Source of the DNA: Diplonema japonicum
Lineage: Eukaryota > Protista > Euglenozoa: Diplonemea
DNA: 64,000 nt
Direction: 5' to 3'
Assembly (NCBI GenBank): GCA_964019335.1
Contig: OZ025725.1
Location: 1 to 64,000 of the forward strand
Each line of letters starts with the position of its first letter. Position 1 is the first letter of the stretch. Below, one piece after another: positions 34,349-45,250 of this stretch. The notes beneath the pieces are model-generated. The model worked only from the letters and a program-made list of their open reading frames with translations. It made no database searches and was not told where the DNA came from. A program made the position numbers and the translations under genes.

Positions 34349-34921
34349 ATGGGCCGTGACGTTACTGGTTTGAAGAAGCAGGTGGCGAGGCGTACGCAGC
34401 CGTCGTCTACGAACCCTTATATCTACTTGTTGGTCAAGATCTACAGGTTCCTGGCAAGGAGGGCGGAGTGCCCCTTCAACAAGGTGGTACTGCACAGGCT
34501 GATGATGAGCAGGACCAACCTCCCCCCCATGACCCTGTCAAGGATCGCCTTGAACATGAAGGGCAGGACAGACAAGACCTGCGTGGTGGTGGGCACTGTC
34601 ACTGATGACACCCGCCTTGCTGAGGTTCCCAAGATGAAGATTGCGGCCCTCCGCTTCACGGAGACTGCCCGTGCACGTATCCTGAAGGCGGGTGGTGAGG
34701 TCATGACCCTTGACCAGCTTGCCATGGTAGCCCCCAAGGGGTCGAACACCGTGCTCCTCAGGGGTAAGCGTGCCGCACGTACCGTTTACAAGCACTTCGG
34801 TGCACCGGGTGTCCCCGGCAGCCACGCCCGCCCATACATCAACGGTACCTCGAAGACTGGCCGCAAGCACGAACGCGGCCGTGGCAGGAGGGCAGGCAAG
34901 GCCTTCAAGGTCAAGGCGTAG
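34349..34921 (+). CDS. RPL18: 60S ribosomal protein L18 (eL18)
   Basis: NPYIYLLVKIYRFLARR, FNKVVLHRLMMSRTN.PP, VVVGTVTDD.R, ARARILKAGG...TLDQLA, HFGAPGVPGSH, ERGRGRR. Confidence 0.97.
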   Translation: MGRDVTGLKKQVARRTQPSSTNPYIYLLVKIYRFLARRAECPFNKVVLHRLMMSRTNLPPMTLSRIALNMKGRTDKTCVVVGTVTDDTRLAEVPKMKIAALRFTETARARILKAGGEVMTLDQLAMVAPKGSNTVLLRGKRAARTVYKHFGAPGVPGSHARPYINGTSKTGRKHERGRGRRAGKAFKVKA

Positions 34922-35145
34922 ACAGATCATGGAAAAGGAAAAAAAAAAAAAAAAAGTATCATTTTTTTTTTCTCATTTTTTTTTTGTTTGGGTTCCCCTT
35001 TTTCTTTTGTTGCGTTCCCAACCACGTCCACTACATGTGCCCAGTTTTTTTTTTTTTTTTTTCGTGGCTTTTTTTCTTTTTTTTTTTTCGAAAATAAATT
35101 TTATGTTCTCAGAAAAAAAAAAAAAAAAAAAAAAAAATTGCAAAA

Positions 35146-35775
35146 ATGGTGAACAGCAATCGGCTGAAGTTTTACAGCAGCTTGTTCGGAGTTCACGAAA
35201 CACAGAGGAAGATAGCAGAGTGCGGTGATGATATTGCGTCTGCGTGCAGCAGTAGCAGCGAGTGCAGTGAAAAGAGTGTTCATGGTAAAGGCGGTAAGAC
35301 AGGCAAGGTCGGTGTTGCTAGGGTCCACGAGCTGTTGTATGGCCTGGAGACCATTTTGTTGGTTGATGAAAAGCTGAAGGAACAAGGAGAAGTAAACGAC
35401 GTGCGAGCAAAAGCTGCTCAGGACATGATGCTGGTCTTATTTGATGGGGAATCGTTAGGACCCAAGGCGGAAACCGTGTGCAATGCTTTGCTTAAGAGCA
35501 CGGAAATTCTGAAGGTGACCCCCACCCTTGTTTCATCTATCTCAGCTTTGGTTACAAAACGGGTTCGCCATAGGGTAGCGCTCAGCCCCGACATACACCT
35601 CCTGACAGCAACCCAGCTTCGCCACCTTTCCTTCCCCCACCCCGCCGTACCTTCTATTGTCCAGTCCCTTACAGGTCCCCAATATTCGCGCAGGGAGGCA
35701 CTCTCCCTTAGGGCATCCTTTTCACCTCCAAAAATTGCGACTTCTGTTCATGCGAAGTCCCATACTTGTGGGTGA
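35146..35775 (+). CDS. Hypothetical protein
   Basis: 209-aa ORF with A-rich start context and coding-like composition, between homopolymer tracts. Confidence 0.65.
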   Translation: MVNSNRLKFYSSLFGVHETQRKIAECGDDIASACSSSSECSEKSVHGKGGKTGKVGVARVHELLYGLETILLVDEKLKEQGEVNDVRAKAAQDMMLVLFDGESLGPKAETVCNALLKSTEILKVTPTLVSSISALVTKRVRHRVALSPDIHLLTATQLRHLSFPHPAVPSIVQSLTGPQYSRREALSLRASFSPPKIATSVHAKSHTCG

Positions 35776-37278
35776 ATCCTCATGGACCGTCCTAATTAAT
35801 AATAATAAAACAAAAACAAAAAAAAAATTTTTTTTTGGTGCGTGATTTTTTTTTTTCTTCTTCTTTTTGCGATAAGGTTTTATATTTTTTTTTTTTGGTT
35901 TTTTGTTGTTTTATTTCGAAAAAAAAAAAGTGGTGTGGGAAAATGGGGGGGGGAAGAAAAAAAAAAGGAAAAACAAAAAAATGAAGAGAAGGAAAAAGAA
36001 TAAGAGAGAATACCTTTTTCTCTTTTTTTTTCTCTCTTTCCCTTTCCTCCCCCCCCCCCCCCCTTTCGCTTTCTGAGAACGGAAAAAAAAATTGGATTCT
36101 GTATTTATCATTTAGGATCTTTGTCGACACATCTAGTCCTCGGTAATACACTCCCCCCCCCCCCCCCCCCCCCCCTTTCCCCTTCTCCCTTTGGATACAC
36201 AGTTTGCTTTTTTTTTCCCCCTCTTTCTTTTCACTTTTCACTTTGTTACACAAAACCCAACTGACGCATTAAAGGTCGTTCCCCCTTCTCCCCAAAGAAA
36301 TGAATAAAGAAACAGAAAAAAAAAGCCCCCCCTCTCCCTCCATCCTCCCACTATAGTGAGGGGGAGGGAAAAAAAAAATTGGGAGTTAAAAAAAAAATAT
36401 AAAAAAAAATTAAGTGAGAAAACGAAGAGAAACAAAAAATCTTGGTACTGTGTACCATGCAAAATGCTCAGACCTTCCTCTTATTTTTTGTGTTTTTCTT
36501 TTTTTTTTTCACCCCCTTTCCCCCCCCCCTTTTTTTCTCCTTCACCTCCTCCTCCCATTCTACCATAACCCTGGTCCCTTCGCTCTTCGTCCATTGTGGG
36601 GTCGCAGCGTAAAGGTCAGTTTCTTTCCTCATGCACTTTCCTTTTTTCTTTTCTTTTTTAGTTCGAGAATATCGTGCAGAAAAAAAAAAATAAAGAAAAA
36701 AAAAGAATCAAAAAACTTTTTTATTGCAATGTATTCTCAAACCCCCCCCCCCCCTTTTTACCGAAATAGATGTGGCTCTAGTCCTTCTTGCATAAAGTAC
36801 CTTTTTTTCTTCCTCTTATCTCTTATCCACCACCCCCCCCCCCCCCATGGCAAATTAAAATGTAGCGCCTGTAGCATCGACTGCTATAATAACCCCCTTT
36901 TTTTTTACTTTCCCACACAGTACAAGTCACCCCACCAAGGGCGTTAAAAAAGAGAGCCTGTACCCCCCCCCCCCCCCCATTTCATCCCCTTTTTTTTTCT
37001 ATCGGTCCTTTCGTCGGGGTGCGCAATGAGGAGGGGAGGGGAAGGAAGGGAAAAAAATAAAAAAAGAAAGAAAAACCGTTTTTTTTTTTATCTTCCCCCC
37101 CTTTCCTAGATACCTGTTTTCTTTCCCTCCTCACCCTTCGGACAAACCCTCTCCCCCCTTTCCTTTTTTTTTTGGTTTTTTTTTTTTTGTTCCAGCATTC
37201 ATACCGCCGAACGTGGAGTAAGTATATTCCTCATTTTTTTTTTCTTTTTCTCTTTTTTTTCCATCGAAAAAAGTTTTT

Positions 37279-37316
<38 letters not shown>

Positions 37317-37400
37317 AAAATGTGTCAATTTTATTTCCCCTCTCCCTCTCTTTGTCTTGTACCCACACTTCTGCCCCCTTTGGTGTACCATATTTCTTTA

Positions 37401-37446
<46 letters not shown>

Positions 37447-38857
37447 TCCTCACCTTTCCCCAAATTGTGGCTTCCCTCCCCTTTTTTCTTTCTCGCAACC
37501 CCCCCCCAAAAAAAACACTTAAATGCCACAACCTATTTCAAGTAGATTTACTTTAAAAAAAAACAGAATTTCACCTGAAGATGATAATTTATTTCCCTAG
37601 GGATAAGAAAACACCTTCCCCCCTTTTTTTTTCAACCTTGGCCAGGTGTGATAGCCTGTTTAAGGTTTAAAAGATATTATTCTTCCCCTTTAAATCTCAG
37701 TTTTCGTTCTCATCTTTAGAGGTGTTTTGAGCAAAAAAAAAAAAGAAGAAAAAAAAGTTAAAATACAGAAATAGATGTTGGAAAAGAAATAAAAAAGAAA
37801 AAACGAAGAAAAAAAAAACAAATGGGTGTAGCCCATGTGTGCACCCACCCCACCTCCCCTCAAAAAAAGAAAAAGAAAAAAAAAACAGATTGAGGACTCT
37901 AATTGTTCTCGATAAAAAGAAAAAAAAAATAACAACAACAGAAGAAAGGTATCTTCTCCTCTCACGGCAGCGAGAAGTTACTCTCCCCTCCATCACCCCC
38001 TCCCCCCTTTTTTCTCTTTTTCCGTTACTCTCCTTTCTTTTTTATTATTTCTTTCTTGCGGGTTATACTAACGCCAACCCAAATTCAACCCCCCCCCCCC
38101 CATTAACTAATTGACAAACGAATCCCGCATTTCTTCTTTTTTTTGTATTCTTTTTTTTTTCTTCTTCTTTTTTTCACTCTTTCTCCTTCCTCCTCGGTTC
38201 ATGGTCCCTCCAAAAAAAAAAAAAAAAAATGGAGTGGAAAGAAATAAAGAAAAAAAAAAAAGAGAAGCCGGCTCCAAAGTGACCGCACGGGAGGAAAAAA
38301 AAGCTTTTTTTTTCCCCCCTAGCAAAGGAAGAGGAACAGAGAAAGATGATGAACTTTTTTTTTTTTTTTTTTTTTGCTATTTTTTTTCTTACTTTTTATC
38401 CCCCCAACCTTTCTTCTTCTTTTTTTTTTTTTTTTTTTTTGGCCAGTTGCTTGTATTGTAGTTAGAGGAGTGGGGGTTCCCCTCCTCCCCAAATTGTCCT
38501 CGTTCCCTCTCCCCTTTTTTTTTGTAGGGGCAGCAGACCTCTGGCCGGGTCTAGGTGTGTAACGCCACCTCCCCTTAAGCGAGTCATTTCAAGGGGGGTG
38601 ACAGGAAGACTGTGCAGCAACTGTAACCCAGGCACACACTGACCTTTTCAAAACAGGGGTAACAGGATGCGTGCTTCGGCAAAAGAAAGATGCCCCCACC
38701 CTGTCACGAGGAAATGGGACCAGGCACGCCATGTCTGAGGTGGCGCCTACAGGTTAGAAAGCCCACTCCAGTGTGTCGTTGACCACAAAACCCCCCCCAC
38801 CCCATGTATTTTATTCGAGCCGACTGTGGAGGTCGCACTAAGCGCCGTAAGACTGAC

Positions 38858-38893
<36 letters not shown>

Positions 38894-39873
38894 CTCCTCT
38901 CCCCTTGTTTCATTAAAGGGGGAAAACTGAAGAAAACGAAAAAAAAAAAAAAAAAAGAGAAGGGCGGGAAGAAAAATAAAAAAAAATAAAAGAGATACGT
39001 TGTTGCACACAAAAAAAAAAGAAAGAAAAAAGAAAAAGAGGTCCTTTTATTTTTTTTTCTCTCTTTTTTTCCCCCTTTTCAATAATTTAATTTTCTTCTT
39101 TCTTCTTCTTTTTTTCTCCTCTTCATTAGTTTGCCTCCACAGCAATGTGCTCGGGGAACTTCACAAAAAAAAACCCCCCTTTTTTTTCTTCCTCTTTTTC
39201 TTGTTCTCTCCCTTCCAAGGAGAAAAAAAAAAAAGAAACTCTGGCGGTTGAGTCAGCCCTGACTTCTTTATGTTGTTTTTAACGAGGCAACTTAAGACAC
39301 ACCCCCCCAATTTTTTTCTTTTTTCATTTTGTCCCCCCCCCCCCTTTCGTTTCCTTTGATGTAAAAAAAAAAAAGAAATGGTTGAAAAACAAATGAGTGA
39401 GAGAGGATAAAAATAGCCAAGGTGGAAGGGAATAAAGAGGGAACCTCCGACCCTACCCTCTTTCCCCTCCTTTCCTTTTCTCGAAGGAACGAAAAAGAAA
39501 AAGGGAACGAATAAACCCCCCCCCAAAGAAAAGGTGTGGTGGTTTCTTCCCCCTTTTTTTACCCCTCTCTTTTTTATGTTCGCATCTTCTCCCCCCTTTT
39601 TTTCTTTCATTACTTTTACCTACCCCCCCCCCCCCCCTCCATTTCTCTTACTCTATCACTCTCCTTTCTGGCTCAAAAGCACGGGAGAGGGGGAGAGTAT
39701 ACAGGGAATGGGATTTTGTTCTTCAACCACACCACCACACACCACCACTTCCCTTGCAATTTTTTTTATTATTATTATTTTTTTTTATATATTATTTGCG
39801 GTAAAGTGAAAAACTCAAAAAAGAGGGAGGGGGGAGGAAGGTCCCGCCCCGCTGATTTGAAAAAAAAAAAAAA

Positions 39874-40563
39874 ATGAATTCCAAAGGCCCCGCGGTCCTG
39901 ACCAGCAATGTTATCAATGAAGCCCAAGCCTTGTTTCAAAACAAAGCATTGAAAAAAGAAGGTTGCGAGCCTCTAATATCTCAGAATGACGCCCTCTTCA
40001 TCCTCAGGGGTCTGGGCATGAACCCTACAGCGCATGACGTGGAGGTCATGGTGGCTGACATGCCGGTGTTTGATCCTGATGAAAAGAAAGACGAGAAGAA
40101 AAAGAAGAAAGGAGGCGGAAGGGAGGAGGAAAAGAAGAAGAAGGACGAGGGAGAGGAGAAGAAAAATCTGATGATGCTCCCAGAAGACGTACCCAAGTAC
40201 TCGTGGCTGACGTTCATTGAAGCAACGGAAGGGTGCTACAGGAGCATGAGGAGATGCGAGGAGATCATTCTAGAGTCATTCCGTGTCTTCGACCGCCAAG
40301 ACCAGCGGGGCAAGATCACACTAGCCGCCCTGGGCAACATTATGAGCACTTTGGGAGATGATGTTCTAGCCACAACGGAGCTGGACGAGCTGAATAGGAT
40401 CTTCGCGCCTCAAGGGGAGGCGGGGGAGGACTTTGATGCTTCCGAAGTCGACATTGATTTCGCAGACTTTGCAAAACTGATCCAAGAAGGCCAGCTACCC
40501 CCACCCCCGCCCCCACCCACACCCCCTCCTGATGATTCTTCTAGAAAACCATCCACTGTGTAA
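39874..40563 (+). CDS. Divergent calmodulin/centrin-like EF-hand protein
   Basis: ILRGLGMNPT..DV, ILESFRVFDRQDQRGKITLAALGNIMSTLG, IDFADF. Has a charged insert and a Pro-rich tail. Confidence 0.8.
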   Translation: MNSKGPAVLTSNVINEAQALFQNKALKKEGCEPLISQNDALFILRGLGMNPTAHDVEVMVADMPVFDPDEKKDEKKKKKGGGREEEKKKKDEGEEKKNLMMLPEDVPKYSWLTFIEATEGCYRSMRRCEEIILESFRVFDRQDQRGKITLAALGNIMSTLGDDVLATTELDELNRIFAPQGEAGEDFDASEVDIDFADFAKLIQEGQLPPPPPPPTPPPDDSSRKPSTV

Positions 40564-40574
40564 AAAAAAAAAAG

Positions 40575-40605
<31 letters not shown>

Positions 40606-40709
40606 AGAAAAAAAACCTTGGGAAAGGAGTGCTTTTTTTTTTTTTTTTTTTTTAGGGGATACATGTCGGCATCGCACGAAGACACTGCATCTCTGGGTCC
40701 TTCGCATAA

Positions 40710-41912
40710 GTGACCATCAGCCCCCCGACGCCAAGAGGAGAGACGCCATCGCACACTCGCAACAAACTTCTTCGGCCCCGCTTCCCAGCGGAATTGCTGG
40801 CGGACGCCCTCCCGTCCTCGAGATTGACATCAAGGCGGTGGGTAGATATACACCATCTTCATCCCCCCCCCAAAAAAAAGGAAAAAAGGGGGGAAAAAAT
40901 GCTCAGCACGCTGACAACCCAGAAAGAGAACACAAACCAACAGGAGGATGTGGACGAAGGCGACGGGTACCTGGTCCCCGCCACGGGGATACCCATGGAA
41001 ATAGGGTGCACGGGGATACCCGCGAAAATGACCGTGGCAGGGATGAGGCTCTTCGGGTCCGCGGGGTTGATGGTGGGGAAGATGTACATCAAAAAGATGC
41101 TGCAAGGGGTCAGCAACGGGTCCACAACAGACATGGTCAGAAACATCGCACAATCGACGCTGCTGAGCGGCGCGGTGGAGGCACAGGCCGCACGGCAAGT
41201 AATAGTAAGGATCCCCATCTTCGGGGAGTCCTTCGTAGAAAGATTCATGAAGGGCCTCGGGTCACGAGAGATGGATGCTGTTGCCACATCACACATAGCG
41301 AACACAGTGCAGTCCGTAGGCCTTCAAGGCAAAGTCCTCGTCGTCCTCGCCTCACTAATGGTACACGAATTAGTTGAATTCAGCTGGCTCATCGCATCAG
41401 GGACATCGTCACTACGCGATTTCTTAATTAAAACCGGCCAACACATTGCCTCTGCCTTCGGTTCCCTCAGTGGGGGTCTGCTAGGTACCGCGGTCGGGAC
41501 AATGGCGTTCCCCGGTCTAGGAACCGGTATCGGCTCCTTAGCCGGATCTATTATAGGTGCATCCCTTGCCGATTTGGCAACTGTTTCTTTACTTGAAGAG
41601 GCGCAGAACGGAGCACCGACAGGGTGTGTGGAGCTTTTGTTAGAACCTTCGCTTCCATCTGATTCACCGACCGATCCTAAAACAATCAAAATAGAATGTC
41701 CTGATTTGGACCCTTCTGGTCTGGAGCATCTCATTGAAAAAGATGGGGAAAACGAGATTGTCGTTGTCAGCAAAACAGAGAAAGACAATGGTTTTTTGGT
41801 TGTGGGCAACGGGGGCGGGACGCACTCCTCCGACACGGATGAGGAGGAGGATGACGGAGGTAATAATATTGATGATAGTGACGAAGACATAGAAGACCGG
41901 ATGTATGTGTGA
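40710..41912 (+). CDS. Glycine-zipper membrane-associated protein; 5' structure uncertain (likely intron ~40838/40842-40922)
   Basis: GSLSGGLLGTAVGTMAFPGLGTGIGSLAGSIIGA zipper and acidic tail. An A/C/G-run segment has a GT donor and a CTGAC branch-like motif before CCCAG. The ATG at 40663 is out of frame by one base. Confidence 0.65.
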   Translation: MTISPPTPRGETPSHTRNKLLRPRFPAELLADALPSSRLTSRRWVDIHHLHPPPKKKEKRGEKMLSTLTTQKENTNQQEDVDEGDGYLVPATGIPMEIGCTGIPAKMTVAGMRLFGSAGLMVGKMYIKKMLQGVSNGSTTDMVRNIAQSTLLSGAVEAQAARQVIVRIPIFGESFVERFMKGLGSREMDAVATSHIANTVQSVGLQGKVLVVLASLMVHELVEFSWLIASGTSSLRDFLIKTGQHIASAFGSLSGGLLGTAVGTMAFPGLGTGIGSLAGSIIGASLADLATVSLLEEAQNGAPTGCVELLLEPSLPSDSPTDPKTIKIECPDLDPSGLEHLIEKDGENEIVVVSKTEKDNGFLVVGNGGGTHSSDTDEEEDDGGNNIDDSDEDIEDRMYV

Positions 41913-42516
41913 TGGAAGAGAGAGTTTGTGATATACAATTTTTTTTTTGTTGCAATATAAGAAATACATTATTTGAATCTAGCCTCCCCCCCTTGTACAA
42001 AAGAAAAGAATGAAAATAAACCCCCCCCCCCCTTACACTTCTGAATGATTTTTTTAAAAGGGGGGGGGAAGGAAAATTGACTTAAAAAAAAAACCTAACC
42101 CCTTTTTAGTATCTGGTTCTACCCCCCCTTTCTTTATTTTTTTATTCCCCTCCCGCTCCTTCTTTTTTATTCTTTGTTTTTTTAGTCCCCCCCCTCACCG
42201 GGTTTACTTGAGCTAGCAGTAAAAGGCCAAGGTGCAAGCGTTGTATCAAGGCAAAAAAGATTTCCCCTCCCCCCTTTTTTTTCTTCCCCCTTCGATGTTG
42301 ATGATCTCCAGCCGAACACCTTATTGGTTAAAACGATCCCCCTCCCCCCACACGCACTCATCTGTCCAATTCCTTCCATTCCCTTTTTTTTTTTTACGGA
42401 TTTTTTTTTTTTTTTTTTTTTTTTTTGGAGATATGCTCACAAAAGAACGAAAAAAATACAGCAAAAGGTAGGGGGAGAAAGAGGGAACCTTTTTCTTTAT
42501 AAAAGAGAAAAAAAAA

Positions 42517-43194
42517 ATGCAATGTGAAGGCGAAGAAAGTGAAGATGAGCTCCCAGTCCAGCACGGGGTGGAGGTAGAAGGAGAAGACTCCGAGTCTGAA
42601 GACGAGCCAGAAATACCGGCGGAGCCAGAAGCAGCCGAGAAAGGGGAAGGGGTGGAACCAGAACCTGAAGCAGAGGCCGCACCCCAAGAAATAGAAGAAG
42701 AGAACCCCTCGCAAAAGATCGAAAAAGAAGAAGAGGAAGCAGAGGTTGCAAGGTCATACCTTTACAGAGAAAGCGTAATGTTTCGTGAGTTGGAAGGGTG
42801 GGCCGAGGCACGAAAAGAAAGCAGGGAAAAGTCTGAAAAAGATTCGTTCTCGTTCATGAAAAAAATGGACACCAGCATTGTGGTCGTTGCCGATACCCAC
42901 TCCGATGGGAGCCCACTCCCAAAGCACCTGAAGAGGCTGAGAATGATCAATCAGAACCTTCACCAGACTAACAAAGAGAACTACCAGATTCTACATGACC
43001 ATCGAGCTCGGGTAGTGGAAAATCTTCACTCAAAAACTGCTCCTCTTTCGTCTCAATCCAGCGCCACCCTTCTCTCTCTGCAACGCACCTCACGGAACCT
43101 TTCTTCCGTCTCCCTCTCCCTTGTTGAGGCTGTCTCTAGTCTCCCACAGTTTTGGAACATTTACGGTATTGATGCGGAGCAGAAGAAAGGTTGA
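42517..43194 (+). CDS. Acidic N-terminus plus helical/coiled-coil protein (weak resemblance to BLOC-1 subunit 3)
   Basis: 225-aa ORF with an E-rich first third and a C-terminal amphipathic helix. The family guess is by eye only. Confidence 0.65.
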   Translation: MQCEGEESEDELPVQHGVEVEGEDSESEDEPEIPAEPEAAEKGEGVEPEPEAEAAPQEIEEENPSQKIEKEEEEAEVARSYLYRESVMFRELEGWAEARKESREKSEKDSFSFMKKMDTSIVVVADTHSDGSPLPKHLKRLRMINQNLHQTNKENYQILHDHRARVVENLHSKTAPLSSQSSATLLSLQRTSRNLSSVSLSLVEAVSSLPQFWNIYGIDAEQKKG

Positions 43195-43607
43195 AAGAAA
43201 AAAAAGGGGGGGGGGGAACCGCAATTGAGGAATTTTTTTATTAGGTAGAAATTACGCTCGTTGTGTACCCCCTCCTTTTTACCGGAAAAAAAAAAATAGT
43301 TTTCCTTCTTCAGTTCTCCCGTGTGGCTGTGTTTTTTTTTTTTTTTTTTTTTTTTGTTGTTTTTGTTTTGTTTTAAGCAGGGCGCCGCCAACACCGGCCT
43401 CCTTTATCTCATATATTTTTTTTTTGTTTGGTTTTCCTTTACTCGTCCTACGTGTGTGTCGTTGCGTTCTTTTTTTTTGTTTATGTTACATTTCTTATGT
43501 TTTTCCTCGCCCCCCCACCCCCCGCAAAGTGTTTACGGTGTTCCATTTTTAATATTCAATACGTTGTGCCCCCCCGCACACTCTGCACCATCTTTTCTTT
43601 TGTATTT

Positions 43608-43646
<39 letters not shown>

Positions 43647-43669
43647 AGAACAGCAATAAAAATATAAAA

Positions 43670-45136
43670 ATGGAAAACATGGACATTGCCGACGAGAGCG
43701 GGCAGACGTGCCTTGAGGTCATGTCCGCCTTCATGAAGAACCTGAGCAGCATGGACGGTGGCGGCGAGGTGCTGCTGTTCCACGGGTTCCGCTGCGGGAG
43801 CGCAGCCCACAACCTGCTGAACGAAGGCTCTGACGAAGACTACCAGGGGGTCTTCTCAAACAAGATGCGCAGGCTGTACAGCTACAAGGCTGTCAAGGAC
43901 AGCTTCCAGGTGCACGAGCCCCATGACATCTGTCTCTACGAGGCAGCCACATACGTGGCACTACTTTTCAAGGGCAACCCGAAGGTCGTCGAAGAGCTGC
44001 TTGTCACAGAACTCTCAGCAAGCCATCCTGCATGGAAGCAGCTTGCCGCATTGTACAAAGAGCTCATCAACAAGGTCACCTACGAGCAGTACAGGTCCTA
44101 CGCAGGGTCGAGAGTCGGCGTTGCAAGGAAGTCTGAACCGGGCAGCAGGAAGCAAGTTAAGATGTACGCCCACGCTCTGCGTCTTTTTCACGAATGCGAT
44201 CTCATCTTGCAGGGCACCCGGCCAGATGTTAGGCTTACCGGCGACTTCCGTGAGCTGTTGATGTCCATCAGGAGCGGTGCTGTGCCACAGGCTGACATCG
44301 AGGACATAGTTAAGACTGCTGAAGCGGAGCTTAATGAGCTCGAAGCCCGCCGTCTGTCGTCCCTCCCACCTGCTGCCGAGGTGCTTCCCTTCGAAGATTT
44401 TCTTTGCAGGTTCCGGTCGGACTCCGTTCTTGCTGAACTTGCTTTGCCGACTGCGCCCCTCTACCCTGTCGTCGCACGCGGCGATCTTGGGATCGAGGCC
44501 CCTGCAGTCACAGCACACCTGCCGCGTGACTCGAAGCTGCTGTCGCTTAGCTTTTGCGAAGCGAGCAACATAACCGTGGGCATTTACATCCCGCCCACGG
44601 ACACCTTCAACAGGCACATCCCAAAGGTGTCCGACCCTGCAAACCTCCCCTCATGCTTGGTCATCAAGCCAAACCCCGCCACACCTCCGCAGGTCTACGG
44701 CATCCAAGACAGGAACTACAGCAAGCCGCTTGAGGGCGAGGTTGTCATTTATGAAGTGTCCGCCGCAATGGGCATGTTGGAGAAGGGGAACTTGCACCTT
44801 TTCCGCGGGCTTTACGAGGGCAAGATGTCCCCTGCTTGGGCGAGCTTCGTGGAGCTCCATCGTGCTGCCTACCTCAGGAAACCCCTGCTTGTCGCCGCGC
44901 TTGGACAGCTGCGCGGCCTCGCCAAGACAGCGTCGCCCTCCCTGTCCTGGGCCCTCCCCTTTGTACACTCCCTAGTGACTAACGCCACCCCCACCTTTAC
45001 AGGCGCCGTGTCGGTTACCCCGGAGCAGCTCATCGACAATGGTGTTCCTGATACCTGCACTCTGTCTGAACGGTTCGATTCCCAGCCCACCGAGCAGTGG
45101 CTGCTGGGGGCGAGGTTGGCCATGTTGCATATGTGA
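43670..45136 (+). CDS. RlaP/YcgL-like Pol-beta-superfamily nucleotidyltransferase with a second, degenerate domain
   Basis: GSAAHNL..EGSDEDYQGVF (GS...DxD), DICLYE...LLFKGNPKVVE.L, Y.SYA, KMYAHALRL, ELLMSIRSG, SSLP. A second YE....MLEKGN...SPAW block follows. Confidence 0.8.
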   Translation: MENMDIADESGQTCLEVMSAFMKNLSSMDGGGEVLLFHGFRCGSAAHNLLNEGSDEDYQGVFSNKMRRLYSYKAVKDSFQVHEPHDICLYEAATYVALLFKGNPKVVEELLVTELSASHPAWKQLAALYKELINKVTYEQYRSYAGSRVGVARKSEPGSRKQVKMYAHALRLFHECDLILQGTRPDVRLTGDFRELLMSIRSGAVPQADIEDIVKTAEAELNELEARRLSSLPPAAEVLPFEDFLCRFRSDSVLAELALPTAPLYPVVARGDLGIEAPAVTAHLPRDSKLLSLSFCEASNITVGIYIPPTDTFNRHIPKVSDPANLPSCLVIKPNPATPPQVYGIQDRNYSKPLEGEVVIYEVSAAMGMLEKGNLHLFRGLYEGKMSPAWASFVELHRAAYLRKPLLVAALGQLRGLAKTASPSLSWALPFVHSLVTNATPTFTGAVSVTPEQLIDNGVPDTCTLSERFDSQPTEQWLLGARLAMLHM

Positions 45137-45250
45137 AGCCACAGCATCTAACCGAGTGCGCTTTACTTACTCTTATCGCAGAAATACCCCCCCCCCCCCC
45201 CCCCGCCCGTTCTTTGTTGTTCTACTATATCAAACAGTTTACACAAGCAA

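Noticed and set aside
38853-38892. Minus-strand GT-A32-CGTCAG as another poly(A) intron
   Set aside because: The flanks give no convincing reading frame, and chance matches are expected given the homopolymer density.
18200-39870. Poly-Lys/Phe/Pro/Gly ORFs in intergenic regions
   Set aside because: Artefacts of homopolymer runs, which lack stop codons.
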